Source: Moorellales bacterium (GTDB lineage: Bacteria; Bacillota; DSM-521; Neomoorellales; SLTJ01). Taken from it: a stretch of DNA of 64,000 nucleotides. A model generated the notes under the pieces. The model was not told where the DNA came from, did not search any database, and saw only the letters and a program-made list of their open reading frames with translations. Both the position numbers and the translations under genes were made by a program. This document shows positions 52,479-61,998 of this stretch, in pieces. The DNA is taken from contig JBNARC010000008.1 of NCBI GenBank assembly GCA_049719955.1, positions 26,131 to 90,130 of the forward strand, given 5' to 3'. Numbering within the stretch: the first letter of the stretch is position 1; each line of letters starts with the position of its first letter.

Positions 52479-53687
52479 ATGGCCTTGGCCCGCAAAGTGG
52501 TGTTGGCTTATTCCGGCGGCCTGGATACTTCCATCATCATTCCCTGGCTTAAAGAAACCTACGGCTACGAGGTTATAGCTTACACCGCCGACGTCGGTCA
52601 GGCGGAGGAACTGGAGGGTCTGGAAGAAAAGGCTCTGAAGAGCGGGGCCAGCAAGGTTTACATCGAGGATCTGCGGCGCGAGTTCCTCGAGGAGTACGTG
52701 TTTCCGGTGTTGAAGGCCGGAGCCATATACGAGGGGAAGTATCTTTTGGGTACCTCCATGGCCCGACCGCTGATTGCCAAGCGGCTGGTAGAAGTGGCGG
52801 AGCGGGAAGGGGCCGAAGCGGTGGCGCACGGGGCTACCGGAAAAGGAAACGACCAGGTACGCTTCGAGCTCTCGGTTAAGGCGCTCAACCCGGATTTGGA
52901 GATTGTTGCCCCGTGGCGGCTCTGGTCCATCCGCTCCAGGGAGGAAGCCATCGAATACGCCCAGGCCCGCGGCATCCCGGTTCCGGTCAGCAAGGAGCGG
53001 CCCTACAGCCTGGACCGAAACCTATGGCACTTGAGCCACGAGGGCGGCCCTTTGGAGGATCCGGCGCAGGAGCCGCCGGAGGACGTTTACTACTTGGTGA
53101 CTCCTCCGGAGAAGGCCCCGGACGTGCCGACTTATGTAAACATTGATTGGGAAAAGGGGATACCGGTGGGCTTAAACGGCCAGCGTATGGACCCGGTTGG
53201 CCTGGTTACCGAACTCAACCGTCTGGCCGGAGCCAACGGCGTGGGCGTGGCGGATATGGTGGAAAATCGTCTCGTGGGTATGAAGTCGCGCGGCGTATAT
53301 GAGACCCCGGCGGGAACGGTGCTCCACCTGGCCCACCGGGAGCTGGAGTATCTTACCCTGGATCGCCAAACCCTGCATTTCAAAGAAACGGTGGCCCTAC
53401 GGTACGCAGAACTGGTGTACGACGGTTTCTGGTTCACCCCCCTGCGCGAGGCCTTGGACGCCTTCGTAGACCAGACCCAGCAGACGGTCACGGGGTGGAC
53501 GCGGATGAAGCTTTACAAGGGAAGCTGCACCCCGGCCGGCGCTTACTCTCCCTACTCTTTATACTCCGCCGACCTGGCCACCTTCGGCGCCGGCGTGGGC
53601 TACGACCACAAGGACGCGGCCGGGTTTATTAACTTATTGGGTCTGCCCCTCAAGGTTCGGGCCAGGGTGCTGCGGCGCGGGAGGTAG
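52479..53687 (+). CDS. argG: argininosuccinate synthase
   Basis: ORF 52380..53687. ATG 52479 preferred (TAGGAGGG upstream). AYSGGLDTS. Confidence 0.95.
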   Translation: MALARKVVLAYSGGLDTSIIIPWLKETYGYEVIAYTADVGQAEELEGLEEKALKSGASKVYIEDLRREFLEEYVFPVLKAGAIYEGKYLLGTSMARPLIAKRLVEVAEREGAEAVAHGATGKGNDQVRFELSVKALNPDLEIVAPWRLWSIRSREEAIEYAQARGIPVPVSKERPYSLDRNLWHLSHEGGPLEDPAQEPPEDVYYLVTPPEKAPDVPTYVNIDWEKGIPVGLNGQRMDPVGLVTELNRLAGANGVGVADMVENRLVGMKSRGVYETPAGTVLHLAHRELEYLTLDRQTLHFKETVALRYAELVYDGFWFTPLREALDAFVDQTQQTVTGWTRMKLYKGSCTPAGAYSPYSLYSADLATFGAGVGYDHKDAAGFINLLGLPLKVRARVLRRGR

Positions 53688-53691
53688 GAGA

Positions 53692-55092
53692 ATGAAGCTT
53701 TGGGGAGGGCGGTTCCGCGAGGGAACCGACCGCCGGGCGGAGGAGTTCCTGGCCTCCATTGATTTCGACCGCCGCTTGTACCGGGCGGATATCCTTGGTT
53801 CCATCGCCCACGCCCGTATGCTGGGTCGCTGCGGCATCATCTCCCCGGAAGAAGCCGAGACCCTGGTTCGGGGCCTAGAGGAGCTGCTGGCCGACATCGA
53901 GGCGGGCAAGGTGGAGTTCCGCCAGGAGCATGAGGATATTCACCTGAACGTGGAGGCGCTGCTGAACGAGCGGTTGGGCGAAGTGGCCAAGAAGCTGCAC
54001 ACCGGCCGCAGCCGCAACGATCAAGTGGCCCTGGACCTGCGCCTGTACCTGAGAGAAGAAACGGATGTTGTGATCGAGATGTTATGTAAACTTCAGGAGA
54101 CCCTGTTGGCCCTCGCCGAGGAGCACGTGGAAACGGTTATGCCGGGATACACCCACCTCCAGCGGGCCCAACCGGTGAGCCTGGGTCACCACTTCCTGGC
54201 CTACTTTGAAATGTTCGGGCGGGATCTGGAACGGTTGCGGGATTGCCGCCGCCGCATTGACGTGCTTCCCCTGGGGGCCGGGGCCCTGGCCGGACCGGCC
54301 TACGCGGTGGACCGGCAGGGAGTGGCGGAAGAGCTGGGCTTCGCCGCCATCAGCGAGAACAGCCTGGATGCGGTTAGCGACCGGGACTTTGTGGTGGAGT
54401 TTCTGGCCGCCGCCTCCCTGATAATGATGCACCTCAGCCGCTTTTGCGAGGAATTGGTACTTTGGTCAACGGAAGAATTCGGCTTCGTGGAACTGGCCGA
54501 CCCCTTCACCACCGGCAGCAGCATGATGCCCCAGAAGAAGAACCCGGACGTACCGGAACTGATCCGGGGAAAGACCGGCCGGGTGTACGGCGCGCTGGTC
54601 AGCGTGCTCACCATGCTTAAGGCTCTTCCCCTGGCCTACAACAAGGACCTGCAGGAAGATAAAGAACCCCTCTTCGACGCCGTAGACACGGTTAAGTCCT
54701 GCCTGAGCATCTTCCCTCCCCTCCTGAGCTCTATGAAGATCGATCGGGAGAGGCTGGCTCAAAACGCCGCCGGAAGGTACGACCTCTGCCTGGCCACCGA
54801 TCTGGCCGACTACCTGGTAACCCGCGGGGTGCCGTTCAGGCGGGCCCACCAGGTGGTGGGCCGGGTGGTGTCCTACTGCCTGGAGCAGGGGCGGTCCCTG
54901 CGGGAACTCAGCCTGGAGGAATACCGGCGTTTCGACCCGGCCTTCGGTGAGGACCTTTATCCGGCGCTGGACCCGCGCTCGGCCCTGGCCCGGCGCAATG
55001 CCTACGGCGCCACCGCGCCGGTGCGGGTGCGGGAGGCCTTGGAGCGGGCCCGGCGGCGTCTGGCCTTTTGGCGGCAGGGAAAAACTTCGTAG
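53692..55092 (+). CDS. argH: argininosuccinate lyase
   Basis: GRSRNDQV and signature GSSMMPQKKNPD. Confidence 0.95.
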   Translation: MKLWGGRFREGTDRRAEEFLASIDFDRRLYRADILGSIAHARMLGRCGIISPEEAETLVRGLEELLADIEAGKVEFRQEHEDIHLNVEALLNERLGEVAKKLHTGRSRNDQVALDLRLYLREETDVVIEMLCKLQETLLALAEEHVETVMPGYTHLQRAQPVSLGHHFLAYFEMFGRDLERLRDCRRRIDVLPLGAGALAGPAYAVDRQGVAEELGFAAISENSLDAVSDRDFVVEFLAAASLIMMHLSRFCEELVLWSTEEFGFVELADPFTTGSSMMPQKKNPDVPELIRGKTGRVYGALVSVLTMLKALPLAYNKDLQEDKEPLFDAVDTVKSCLSIFPPLLSSMKIDRERLAQNAAGRYDLCLATDLADYLVTRGVPFRRAHQVVGRVVSYCLEQGRSLRELSLEEYRRFDPAFGEDLYPALDPRSALARRNAYGATAPVRVREALERARRRLAFWRQGKTS

Positions 55093-55179
55093 CTCCCGGC
55101 AGGGAATCTGCTATTCTACATCGAAAAAAGAACCCATATAGTATAACACATTTAGCCTTAGGGGAGGGACGGCACCGCC

Positions 55180-56301
55180 ATGCCAGGGTCTAAGGTTACC
55201 GTCTCGGTGATTAAGGCGGACGTAGGCGGGTGGGTGGGCCACAGCGCGGTACATCCCGAGCTTCTGGCCCGCGCCCGCGAGATGCTGGCCTCCAGCAAAC
55301 TGCTGATAGATTTTCACGTGACCAGCGTGGGCGACGATATCAACCTGATCATGACCCACCAGCGGGGGGAGAACTGCCCCGACGTTCACCGGCTGGCGTG
55401 GGATACCTTCGCCAGTTGTACCGAACTGGCCCGAAAGATGAAACTCTACGGAGCGGGCCAGGACCTTTTGGCCGACGCTTTTTCGGGCAACATCCGGGGC
55501 ATGGGGCCGGGAATTGCGGAGATGGAGCTGGTAGAGCGGCCCAGCGAGCCCATAATCGTGTTTATGGCCGATAAGACCGAACCGGGAGCCTGGAATCTGC
55601 CCCTCTACAAGATGTTTGCCGATCCCTTTAACAGCATCGGCCTTATAATCGATCCCAAGATGCACCAGGGCTTTCGTTTCGAGGTTCTGGACCTGGTAGG
55701 CCACAAGACCATAACCTTCTCCCTGCCGGAGGAACTGTACGATCTTCTGGTGTTTATCGGCGCTCCGGGACACTACTGCATTCGGGCGGTCTACGCCAAG
55801 GAAAGCGGCGAGATTGCGGCCGTGTCCAGCACCCAGCGCCTTAACCTGATGGCGGGCCGCTACATAGGCAAGGACGATCCGGTGTTGATCGTTCGCTGCC
55901 AGAGCGGCTTCCCCGCCGTGGGCGAGGCTCTAGAGCCTTTTGCCACTCCTCATCTGGTGGCGGGCTGGATGCGGGGTAGCCACCACGGCCCGCTGATGCC
56001 GGTTTCCGTGGCCCAGGCCACGCCTACCCGTTTCGACGGGCCGCCAAGGGTGGTGGCTCTGGGATTCCAGCTCTGCGAGGGCAAATTGGGCCAGCCGCAG
56101 GACTTCTTCGCCGATCCCGCCTTCGACCGGGCCCGGCAGTGGGCCAACGAGTTGGCCGACTACCTTCGTCGCCTGGGGCCCTTCGAGCCGCACCGGCTGC
56201 CCCTGGACGAGATGGAGTACACCACCATGCCCGAGGTGCGCAAGCGTCTCAGCGGTCGCTTTGTGGACGCCGAGGCCTCCCAAAGGGCCGCCGGCTCCTA
56301 A
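55180..56301 (+). CDS. fbp: bifunctional fructose-1,6-bisphosphate aldolase/phosphatase (class V, archaeal type)
   Basis: 373 aa. N-terminus KVTVSVIKADVGGWVGHSAVHPEL is characteristic of this family. Confidence 0.88.
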   Translation: MPGSKVTVSVIKADVGGWVGHSAVHPELLARAREMLASSKLLIDFHVTSVGDDINLIMTHQRGENCPDVHRLAWDTFASCTELARKMKLYGAGQDLLADAFSGNIRGMGPGIAEMELVERPSEPIIVFMADKTEPGAWNLPLYKMFADPFNSIGLIIDPKMHQGFRFEVLDLVGHKTITFSLPEELYDLLVFIGAPGHYCIRAVYAKESGEIAAVSSTQRLNLMAGRYIGKDDPVLIVRCQSGFPAVGEALEPFATPHLVAGWMRGSHHGPLMPVSVAQATPTRFDGPPRVVALGFQLCEGKLGQPQDFFADPAFDRARQWANELADYLRRLGPFEPHRLPLDEMEYTTMPEVRKRLSGRFVDAEASQRAAGS

Positions 56302-56433
56302 CGGTTCGTTTGCCCGACCCTTGGCCCGGGGACGGCCGCGCCCCCGGGCCTTCTGCTGGCGTCATTCGCTTCCCCCCGCTTCTTGGCCCTACGTACGCCC
56401 ATACAGTTGAGTCCTTCCCAGTTTTGATCTACT

Positions 56434-56645
56434 GGCGGTACCGGGTGCTCACCTGAGTACATTGGCAACTCGCCGGGCACCGAACTTGGCGAGGACGAGC
56501 GCGAAGGCGGGCCGGAGGCTATGGATGGCCGAAGCCGAGGGGCGCCACGGACGGCGCCTCCGAGGGGAGCCTGCCGGAGCGCGAAGTCGGAGCCCTAGTT
56601 TGGTCGGCGAGGTGACAGTACGAATGGGGAGCACCCGGTACCGCC
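56434..56645 (+). repeat. structured TIR-bounded repeat, copy 3
   Basis: Perfect 17-bp termini GGCGGTACCGGGTGCTC ... GAGCACCCGGTACCGCC. Same orientation as copy 2. Confidence 0.85.
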
Positions 56646-56681
56646 CGTGGGAAAGTGGGGATACGTCAGCCCATTTAATCC

Positions 56682-56710
56682 TTGACAGCCCCTCCTTCCG
56701 TCGCTACCAT
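56682..56710 (+). promoter_or_regulatory. possible sigma-A promoter for the decarboxylase gene
   Basis: TTGACA (56682..56687), 17 nt, TACCAT (56705..56710). The -10 is weak. Confidence 0.35.
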
Positions 56711-56751
56711 AATAAAGTGTACGCGCCCAAGGTAGGGAGGAACGGGAAACA

Positions 56752-58248
56752 GTGCGGTCCAAGCAGAACCGGGCCCCGCTCTTTGAAGCGGTGCAAAAGT
56801 ATCTGGCGGAAGACATAATTCCCTTCCACGTGCCGGGGCATAAGCAGGGGCGGGGTGTACCGGAGCTGGTCGCCTGTTTGGGCCCCCAGGCCATGGCCAT
56901 GGACCTGACCTGTCTGCCCGGCCTGGATAACATCTTCAATCCGCACGAGGCGCTGGCCGAGGCTCAGGAGTTGGCGGCCGAAGCCTACGGAGCGGATTAC
57001 GCCTATTTTTTGGTCAACGGCACCACCAGCGGTATACAGGCCATGATCATGGCCGTTTGTCAGCCGGGCGACAAGATAATCATCCCTCGCAACGCCCATA
57101 AGTCGGCTCTGGGTGGCCTCATCATGAGCGGGGCCCGACCGGTTTACCTGCGGCCGGAGGTCAATCCCGACTTCGGGATCTCCACCGGGATTCGGCCGGA
57201 GCAGGTGGAGGAGGCGCTGCAGGAACATCCGGACGCCAAAGCGGTGTTCGTGGTCTACCCTAATTACTACGGCACCGCCGCGGACCTTCCCGGGATCGTA
57301 GCCGTGGCCCACCATTACGGCGTGCCGGTGTTGGTAGATGAGGCCCACGGCGCCCATTTTGCCTTCCATCCCGAGCTTCCGCCCTCGGCCATGCAGGTCG
57401 GGGCGGACATGGCGGCGGTAAGCACCCACAAGCTTTTGGGTTCCCTAACCCAGAGCAGCATGCTGCTGTTGCGCGAGGGCCGTTTGGATCACCGGCACGT
57501 TAAGGCGGTGTTGAATCTCGCCCAAACTACCAGTCCCTCCTACCTGCTGCTGTGCTCCCTGGATCTGGCCCGCAAGCAGGCGGCTACCTGCGGGCGGGAG
57601 ATCTTTTCTCGAGTACTGGACTTGGCGGAGAAGTGTCGGGAAGAGCTGCGGCAAATTAGGGGACTGAAGGTTCTCGGGCGGGAAGTAGTGGGCCGGCCGG
57701 GTTGCTGGGCGCTTGATCCGAGCAAGATAGTGGTTAATGTTACCAGCCTGGGGCTATCCGGATATGAGGCCGAGGCCCTGTTGCGCCAGCGTTATCGGGT
57801 ACAGGTAGAGCTATCCGATCTTTATAACTTGCTCTTTCTCATCACCCTGGGTGATACCCCCGAAACCGTGGGAGCCCTGGTGGCGGCCCTGCGGGATCTG
57901 GCCGAAGGGCGGGTAAGGCGCAAGGTGCGAAAGTTTACCCCTCCCCTACCCTCCCTACCGCCGGTGGCCGCGCTTCCCCGGGAGGCTTTCTACAGCGAGA
58001 CGCGAGTAGTGCCCCTGGAAGAAGCTGCCGGAGAGATAAGCGCCGAGGCCATTACCGCCTACCCCCCTGGAATCCCTTTGGTTTGTCCCGGAGAACTCAT
58101 TACCCAGGAGATCGTGGACTACGTACACGTTCTGCGACGGGAGAAGGCGGAGCTCCAGGGCCTCCAGGATCCGGAGTTCAAGACCATCCGGGTGCTCAAG
58201 AAGGTGGCCTACCTGGAAGGGCACGTTCGTGCCGCTCAGGTTTACTAG
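56752..58248 (+). CDS. Orn/Lys/Arg decarboxylase family PLP enzyme (SpeA-like)
   Basis: 498 aa. HVPGHKQG and PLP-lysine motif STHKLLGSLTQSS. Confidence 0.85.
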   Translation: MRSKQNRAPLFEAVQKYLAEDIIPFHVPGHKQGRGVPELVACLGPQAMAMDLTCLPGLDNIFNPHEALAEAQELAAEAYGADYAYFLVNGTTSGIQAMIMAVCQPGDKIIIPRNAHKSALGGLIMSGARPVYLRPEVNPDFGISTGIRPEQVEEALQEHPDAKAVFVVYPNYYGTAADLPGIVAVAHHYGVPVLVDEAHGAHFAFHPELPPSAMQVGADMAAVSTHKLLGSLTQSSMLLLREGRLDHRHVKAVLNLAQTTSPSYLLLCSLDLARKQAATCGREIFSRVLDLAEKCREELRQIRGLKVLGREVVGRPGCWALDPSKIVVNVTSLGLSGYEAEALLRQRYRVQVELSDLYNLLFLITLGDTPETVGALVAALRDLAEGRVRRKVRKFTPPLPSLPPVAALPREAFYSETRVVPLEEAAGEISAEAITAYPPGIPLVCPGELITQEIVDYVHVLRREKAELQGLQDPEFKTIRVLKKVAYLEGHVRAAQVY

Positions 58249-58961
58249 TGGATTTCCACCGGGGTTCCTTCGGGAAGGGTTTCGTAAAACCAGCGGGCGT
58301 CCTCCAAACTGAGACGCACGCAGCCGTGGGAAGCCGGTTGGCCCAGCTTGGCCGCCTCTTCGGGTATGATTTGCTGCTTGGCGTCCATAGGTACGGAATG
58401 AAAGAGGTACCGGCCCCACCCTTGGAAGGATACCCACCAGCGGGCGCCCTGTTGGTATTTTTCACTGTAGAACCACTCCCCTCGGTTTTGAAGGCGAAAG
58501 CGGCCGGTGGGGGTGGGCTGGTCGGGGGTGCCGGTGGAAGCTATCATTTCCCGGATAAGCTGGCCGTCGCGGTATATCCGCACCCGCTGTTCCGCCAGGC
58601 TTACTTCTACCCGGTACTCCGGCGCGGGTGAGGTAGAAGGCGCTGAAGCGGAAGAGCTCGGGCCCGAAGCCTCCGGGACCGCCGCCGGAGCGGTGGCGGC
58701 CGGTGGCGGGTTGGAACCGGCGGTCCGGCTTTCGGGGGAAGAAGCAGCCGGGGGCTCGGAAGGAGGCCCGGAGGGGTCGGGACGGTTAAGCTCGACCGAA
58801 GAAACCGCGCCGCCGGTTAGTACCAGGCCGGCCAGCACTATCAGAAGTAGCAGGCCGAGCAGGAGAACGGCCGGGTTGGAAGGATTCTTGCCGGGTGTCA
58901 ACGCCAATCCCTCGCTTTCTAAGGAAGCATTCGCCAAGCAAGGGAAGAATCCTTGTCCCAC
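58245..58961 (-). CDS. L,D-transpeptidase (YkuD domain) with TM anchor and Pro/Ser/Ala-rich linker
   Basis: Catalytic motif ASHGCVRL. Alternative start TTG at 58901 (GAGGGA upstream) would give the N-terminus MTPGKNPSNPAVLLLGLLLL. Confidence 0.85.
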   Translation of the reverse strand: MGQGFFPCLANASLESEGLALTPGKNPSNPAVLLLGLLLLIVLAGLVLTGGAVSSVELNRPDPSGPPSEPPAASSPESRTAGSNPPPAATAPAAVPEASGPSSSASAPSTSPAPEYRVEVSLAEQRVRIYRDGQLIREMIASTGTPDQPTPTGRFRLQNRGEWFYSEKYQQGARWWVSFQGWGRYLFHSVPMDAKQQIIPEEAAKLGQPASHGCVRLSLEDARWFYETLPEGTPVEIH

Positions 58962-59009
58962 CTTCGGTCGAAAAGGGTAAGAACGGGGTTATTTTAAGGG
59001 GGCAGGGGG

Positions 59010-59768
59010 ATGGACCGCATTGTATTCCTGGGTACCGGCGGGGCAAGATTTGTAATGGCCCGGCAGATCCTAGCTACCGGCGGGCTTTGGCTGGTACTGA
59101 ACGGCACGCAAATTGCCCTAGACCCCGGCCCGGGAGCCATAGTTCACGCCCGGAAGCACCGACTGGACCCGGCCAAGCTGGCGGGGATAGTTATCTCCCA
59201 CCGTCACCTGGACCACTGTGGGGACGTGAACGTAATGATCGAAGCCATGACCGAAGGAGGAACCCGGCGCCAAGGCACGATATATGCCCCGGCGGATGCC
59301 CTGGAAGAGGATCCGGTGGTGCTGCGGTACTTGCGTCCGTTCGTGGAAGAAGTAGTGGTGCTGGAACCGCTTCGGCGTTACCGGGTGGGCGCAACCACCT
59401 TCGAGACCTCCATGCCCCACCGGCACGGGGCGGTACAGACTTTCGGGTTTCGCTTCTTCACCGGCGACTCGGTGGTATGCTACCTGCCCGACACGCGCTA
59501 TTTTCCGGAGCTGGCGGACTTTTATCGGGGAGAGGTGCTGATCCTGGCCGTTCTGCTCAAGGAACCCAAACCGGGCGTGCCGCACCTCTCGGTACCCGAG
59601 GCCCGGGAACTGTTATCGGTCGTCCGGCCCAAGGTGGCCATACTGACCCATTTCGGCACCACGGTGTGGCAGGCGCGACCTTGGGAGTTGGCAGCCAGGC
59701 TCTCCGAGGAAACCGGGGTTAGGGTGATCGCCGCTCGAGACGGCATGGAGTTTCCTCTGGAGTTTTGA
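59010..59768 (+). CDS. MBL-fold metallo-hydrolase
   Basis: SHRHLDHCGD motif. 252 aa. Confidence 0.75.
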   Translation: MDRIVFLGTGGARFVMARQILATGGLWLVLNGTQIALDPGPGAIVHARKHRLDPAKLAGIVISHRHLDHCGDVNVMIEAMTEGGTRRQGTIYAPADALEEDPVVLRYLRPFVEEVVVLEPLRRYRVGATTFETSMPHRHGAVQTFGFRFFTGDSVVCYLPDTRYFPELADFYRGEVLILAVLLKEPKPGVPHLSVPEARELLSVVRPKVAILTHFGTTVWQARPWELAARLSEETGVRVIAARDGMEFPLEF

Positions 59769-59799
59769 TCTTAAGGCCTTTAGGAATGGGGGGTAGGCG

Positions 59800-60369
59800 A
59801 TGAAGGTGGTGGGAGTGGCCGGAAGCACCCGTCGGAACGGGAACACCGTGCGGGTGTTGGAGGAGGTGCTGGCGGTATGTCGCCAGGAGGGTCTGGAAAC
59901 GCGGCTGATTGATCTGTCCGATAAGCGCATCGAGGACTGTCGGGTGTGCCTTTACTGCCGGCGGCATCCCGGCGAGTGCGCCCAGGAGGACGACTTGCCC
60001 GCGATCTACCAGGAGCTTAAGGCCGCCGACGCTTTGGTGCTGGCCTCGCCGGTGTATTACAGTTCCCTCACCGCCCGGATGAAAGCCTTCATCGATCGGG
60101 TGGGGTGGCTCAGCGGATCGGAAGGTCGGGTATTTGAGCGTAAGGTGGGGGGCGGGCTGGTAGTGGGCCGGCGGGCGGGACATATCTTTGCCCTGAACGA
60201 ACTTAATAATTTCTTCTTGCACCAGGGCATGATTTTGCCGGGATCCACCTACTGGAACGTGGCTTTCGGTCGGGAGCCGGGAGAGGTAAGCGCCGATGCC
60301 GAGGGCATGGCAACGGCGCGCAACTTTGCGTCCAATCTGGCGTGGCTGGTGAAGAAACTTGCCCAGTAG
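59800..60369 (+). CDS. iron-sulfur flavoprotein / NAD(P)H-dependent FMN reductase family protein
   Basis: GSTRRNGNT FMN loop and compact cluster motif CRVCLYCRRHPGEC (CX2CX2CX6C). Confidence 0.7.
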   Translation: MKVVGVAGSTRRNGNTVRVLEEVLAVCRQEGLETRLIDLSDKRIEDCRVCLYCRRHPGECAQEDDLPAIYQELKAADALVLASPVYYSSLTARMKAFIDRVGWLSGSEGRVFERKVGGGLVVGRRAGHIFALNELNNFFLHQGMILPGSTYWNVAFGREPGEVSADAEGMATARNFASNLAWLVKKLAQ

Positions 60370-61486
60370 AGTTCGGGATCAGATTTTCCTTGGTGGAGTA
60401 AATCTGGAAAGCTGGGTCCGGGCCAAGCTGCGAGAATTGGTAGCCATTCCTAGCGAGACCGGACAGGAAGCCGCGCTTCTGCGTTACCTGGAGGAAGAGT
60501 TGGCCCGTTACGGGATACCCTGGGCCCGGCAGCCGGTTAACGGCGACCGCTACAACTTGCTGCTTAACCCGCAACCGGAACCCCGGCTGTTGATCGACGT
60601 GCACGTGGATACCGTACCCATCCGGTTGGAAGGGATCACCTGCCCTTTGCGGGAGGAGGAAGACGTGGTCTACGGCCGGGGCGCTTGCGACGCCAAGGGC
60701 AGTCTGGCCGCGGTGCTGGCGGCGGTTCACTGGTGGCTGGACCGACCCTCCCCCCCACCGCTGCCGGTAACGGTGGCCTTCACCGTGGATGAGGAGAATG
60801 CCGGTCTGGGCTCCGAAGTTTTGGCCCAAGCCCTCAAACCCCGGGCGGCCTTGGTAATGGAGCCCACGGAGCTGGCCGTTTGCGTGGCCCAGGCCGGGTC
60901 GCTGGTAGTGCGGCTGGCGGCGCGGGGGCTGGCCGTTCACGGGAGCGAGTTCGAGCAGGGGCAGAACGCCTGCAGCAAGCTTTTGAACGCCCTGGCTCGC
61001 CTGTCCTCCCTATCCTTCCTCGGCCGGGAGCATCCCCGGTTGGGCCGAGCGGACTACAACCTGCGCTACCTTCACGGGGGCGCGCCGGAGCTGGTAGTGC
61101 CGGCCCATTGCGAGGCGGTGGTGGATTTTCGCCTGCTGCCCTCTATGGATCTTGCAGCGGTACAGCAGGAAGTGGAGGCCTTCTGGAAGGCCGCGGAGCT
61201 GGAAGGTGAGATAGTGGAAGTGGCTCCCCCCTATGAGATTTCCCCCGAGGAGCCGGTGGTGAAGCTACTGGGAGCGGCGATGCGCCGGGCCCTGGAGCGC
61301 GAGCCGGAGATTGCCGGAATCAAGAGTTGGACCGACGCCGAAAACTACCACGCCGTGGGCGTGCCGGCGGCGGTGTGGGGACCGGGACGGCTGGCGGTAG
61401 CCCATACTCCCAGAGAGCATATTCGCATATCCGAACTGGCGGATGCCGCGGGAGTACTCATTACCTTATTGGGGGAATTGGGCTAG
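60359..61486 (+). CDS. M20 family metallopeptidase (ArgE/DapE-like deacylase)
   Basis: LVAIPSETGQE, VHVDTVP, GRGACDAKG. Confidence 0.8.
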   Translation: MPSRVRDQIFLGGVNLESWVRAKLRELVAIPSETGQEAALLRYLEEELARYGIPWARQPVNGDRYNLLLNPQPEPRLLIDVHVDTVPIRLEGITCPLREEEDVVYGRGACDAKGSLAAVLAAVHWWLDRPSPPPLPVTVAFTVDEENAGLGSEVLAQALKPRAALVMEPTELAVCVAQAGSLVVRLAARGLAVHGSEFEQGQNACSKLLNALARLSSLSFLGREHPRLGRADYNLRYLHGGAPELVVPAHCEAVVDFRLLPSMDLAAVQQEVEAFWKAAELEGEIVEVAPPYEISPEEPVVKLLGAAMRRALEREPEIAGIKSWTDAENYHAVGVPAAVWGPGRLAVAHTPREHIRISELADAAGVLITLLGELG

Positions 61487-61488
61487 CT

Positions 61489-61980
61489 CTATTCCTCTCG
61501 CCACATGCGCAGCCACTTTCCCCAGGAGCCGCGGGGACGGAAACCCGCTTTGAGGTAGAAGGCTTTTGCCTTTTCGTTGTGGTCTCCCACCCACAGCTCG
61601 AACCGGTTCATGCCTTTCTGTCGGAGAAGCGCCAGCCCGGCCTCCAAGAGTCTTTTTCCCAGGGCTCGGCCCTGGTAGTCGGGGTCCACTACGATTTCGT
61701 GGATCTCGCCTACCCTCTGCCCGTTTAGGGTCTCCCACCGGTGATCTACGGCCACGAAACCTACCGGCCGGTTGCCGGCAAAAGCCACCAACAAGCGCCC
61801 CTCCCCCCGGCGCTTCAGCCAGCGCAGATAGGCTTCGATCTCTTCCTCGGTGGTGTAGGCGTAGAGAGGAAGGTCGCGGTAGGCCCGCCGGTAAAGGTTC
61901 TTAAGGTCCTCTAACATGGTTTCCGGGTCGGCAGGTTCGAGGCGGATATCGGGTTGGGTAGCCACCATAGACCAGAGCAT
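61489..61980 (-). CDS. GNAT family N-acetyltransferase
   Basis: Acetyl-CoA motif VDPDYQGRALGKRLLEAG. Confidence 0.85.
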   Translation of the reverse strand: MLWSMVATQPDIRLEPADPETMLEDLKNLYRRAYRDLPLYAYTTEEEIEAYLRWLKRRGEGRLLVAFAGNRPVGFVAVDHRWETLNGQRVGEIHEIVVDPDYQGRALGKRLLEAGLALLRQKGMNRFELWVGDHNEKAKAFYLKAGFRPRGSWGKWLRMWREE

Positions 61981-61998
61981 CTCCGTTTTCTAGTCTGC

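Noticed and set aside
58895-59722. 275-aa + strand ORF overlapping the MBL hydrolase gene in another frame
   Set aside because: Arg/Gly/Pro-rich shadow frame. The 59010..59768 frame carries the HxHxDH metal motif.
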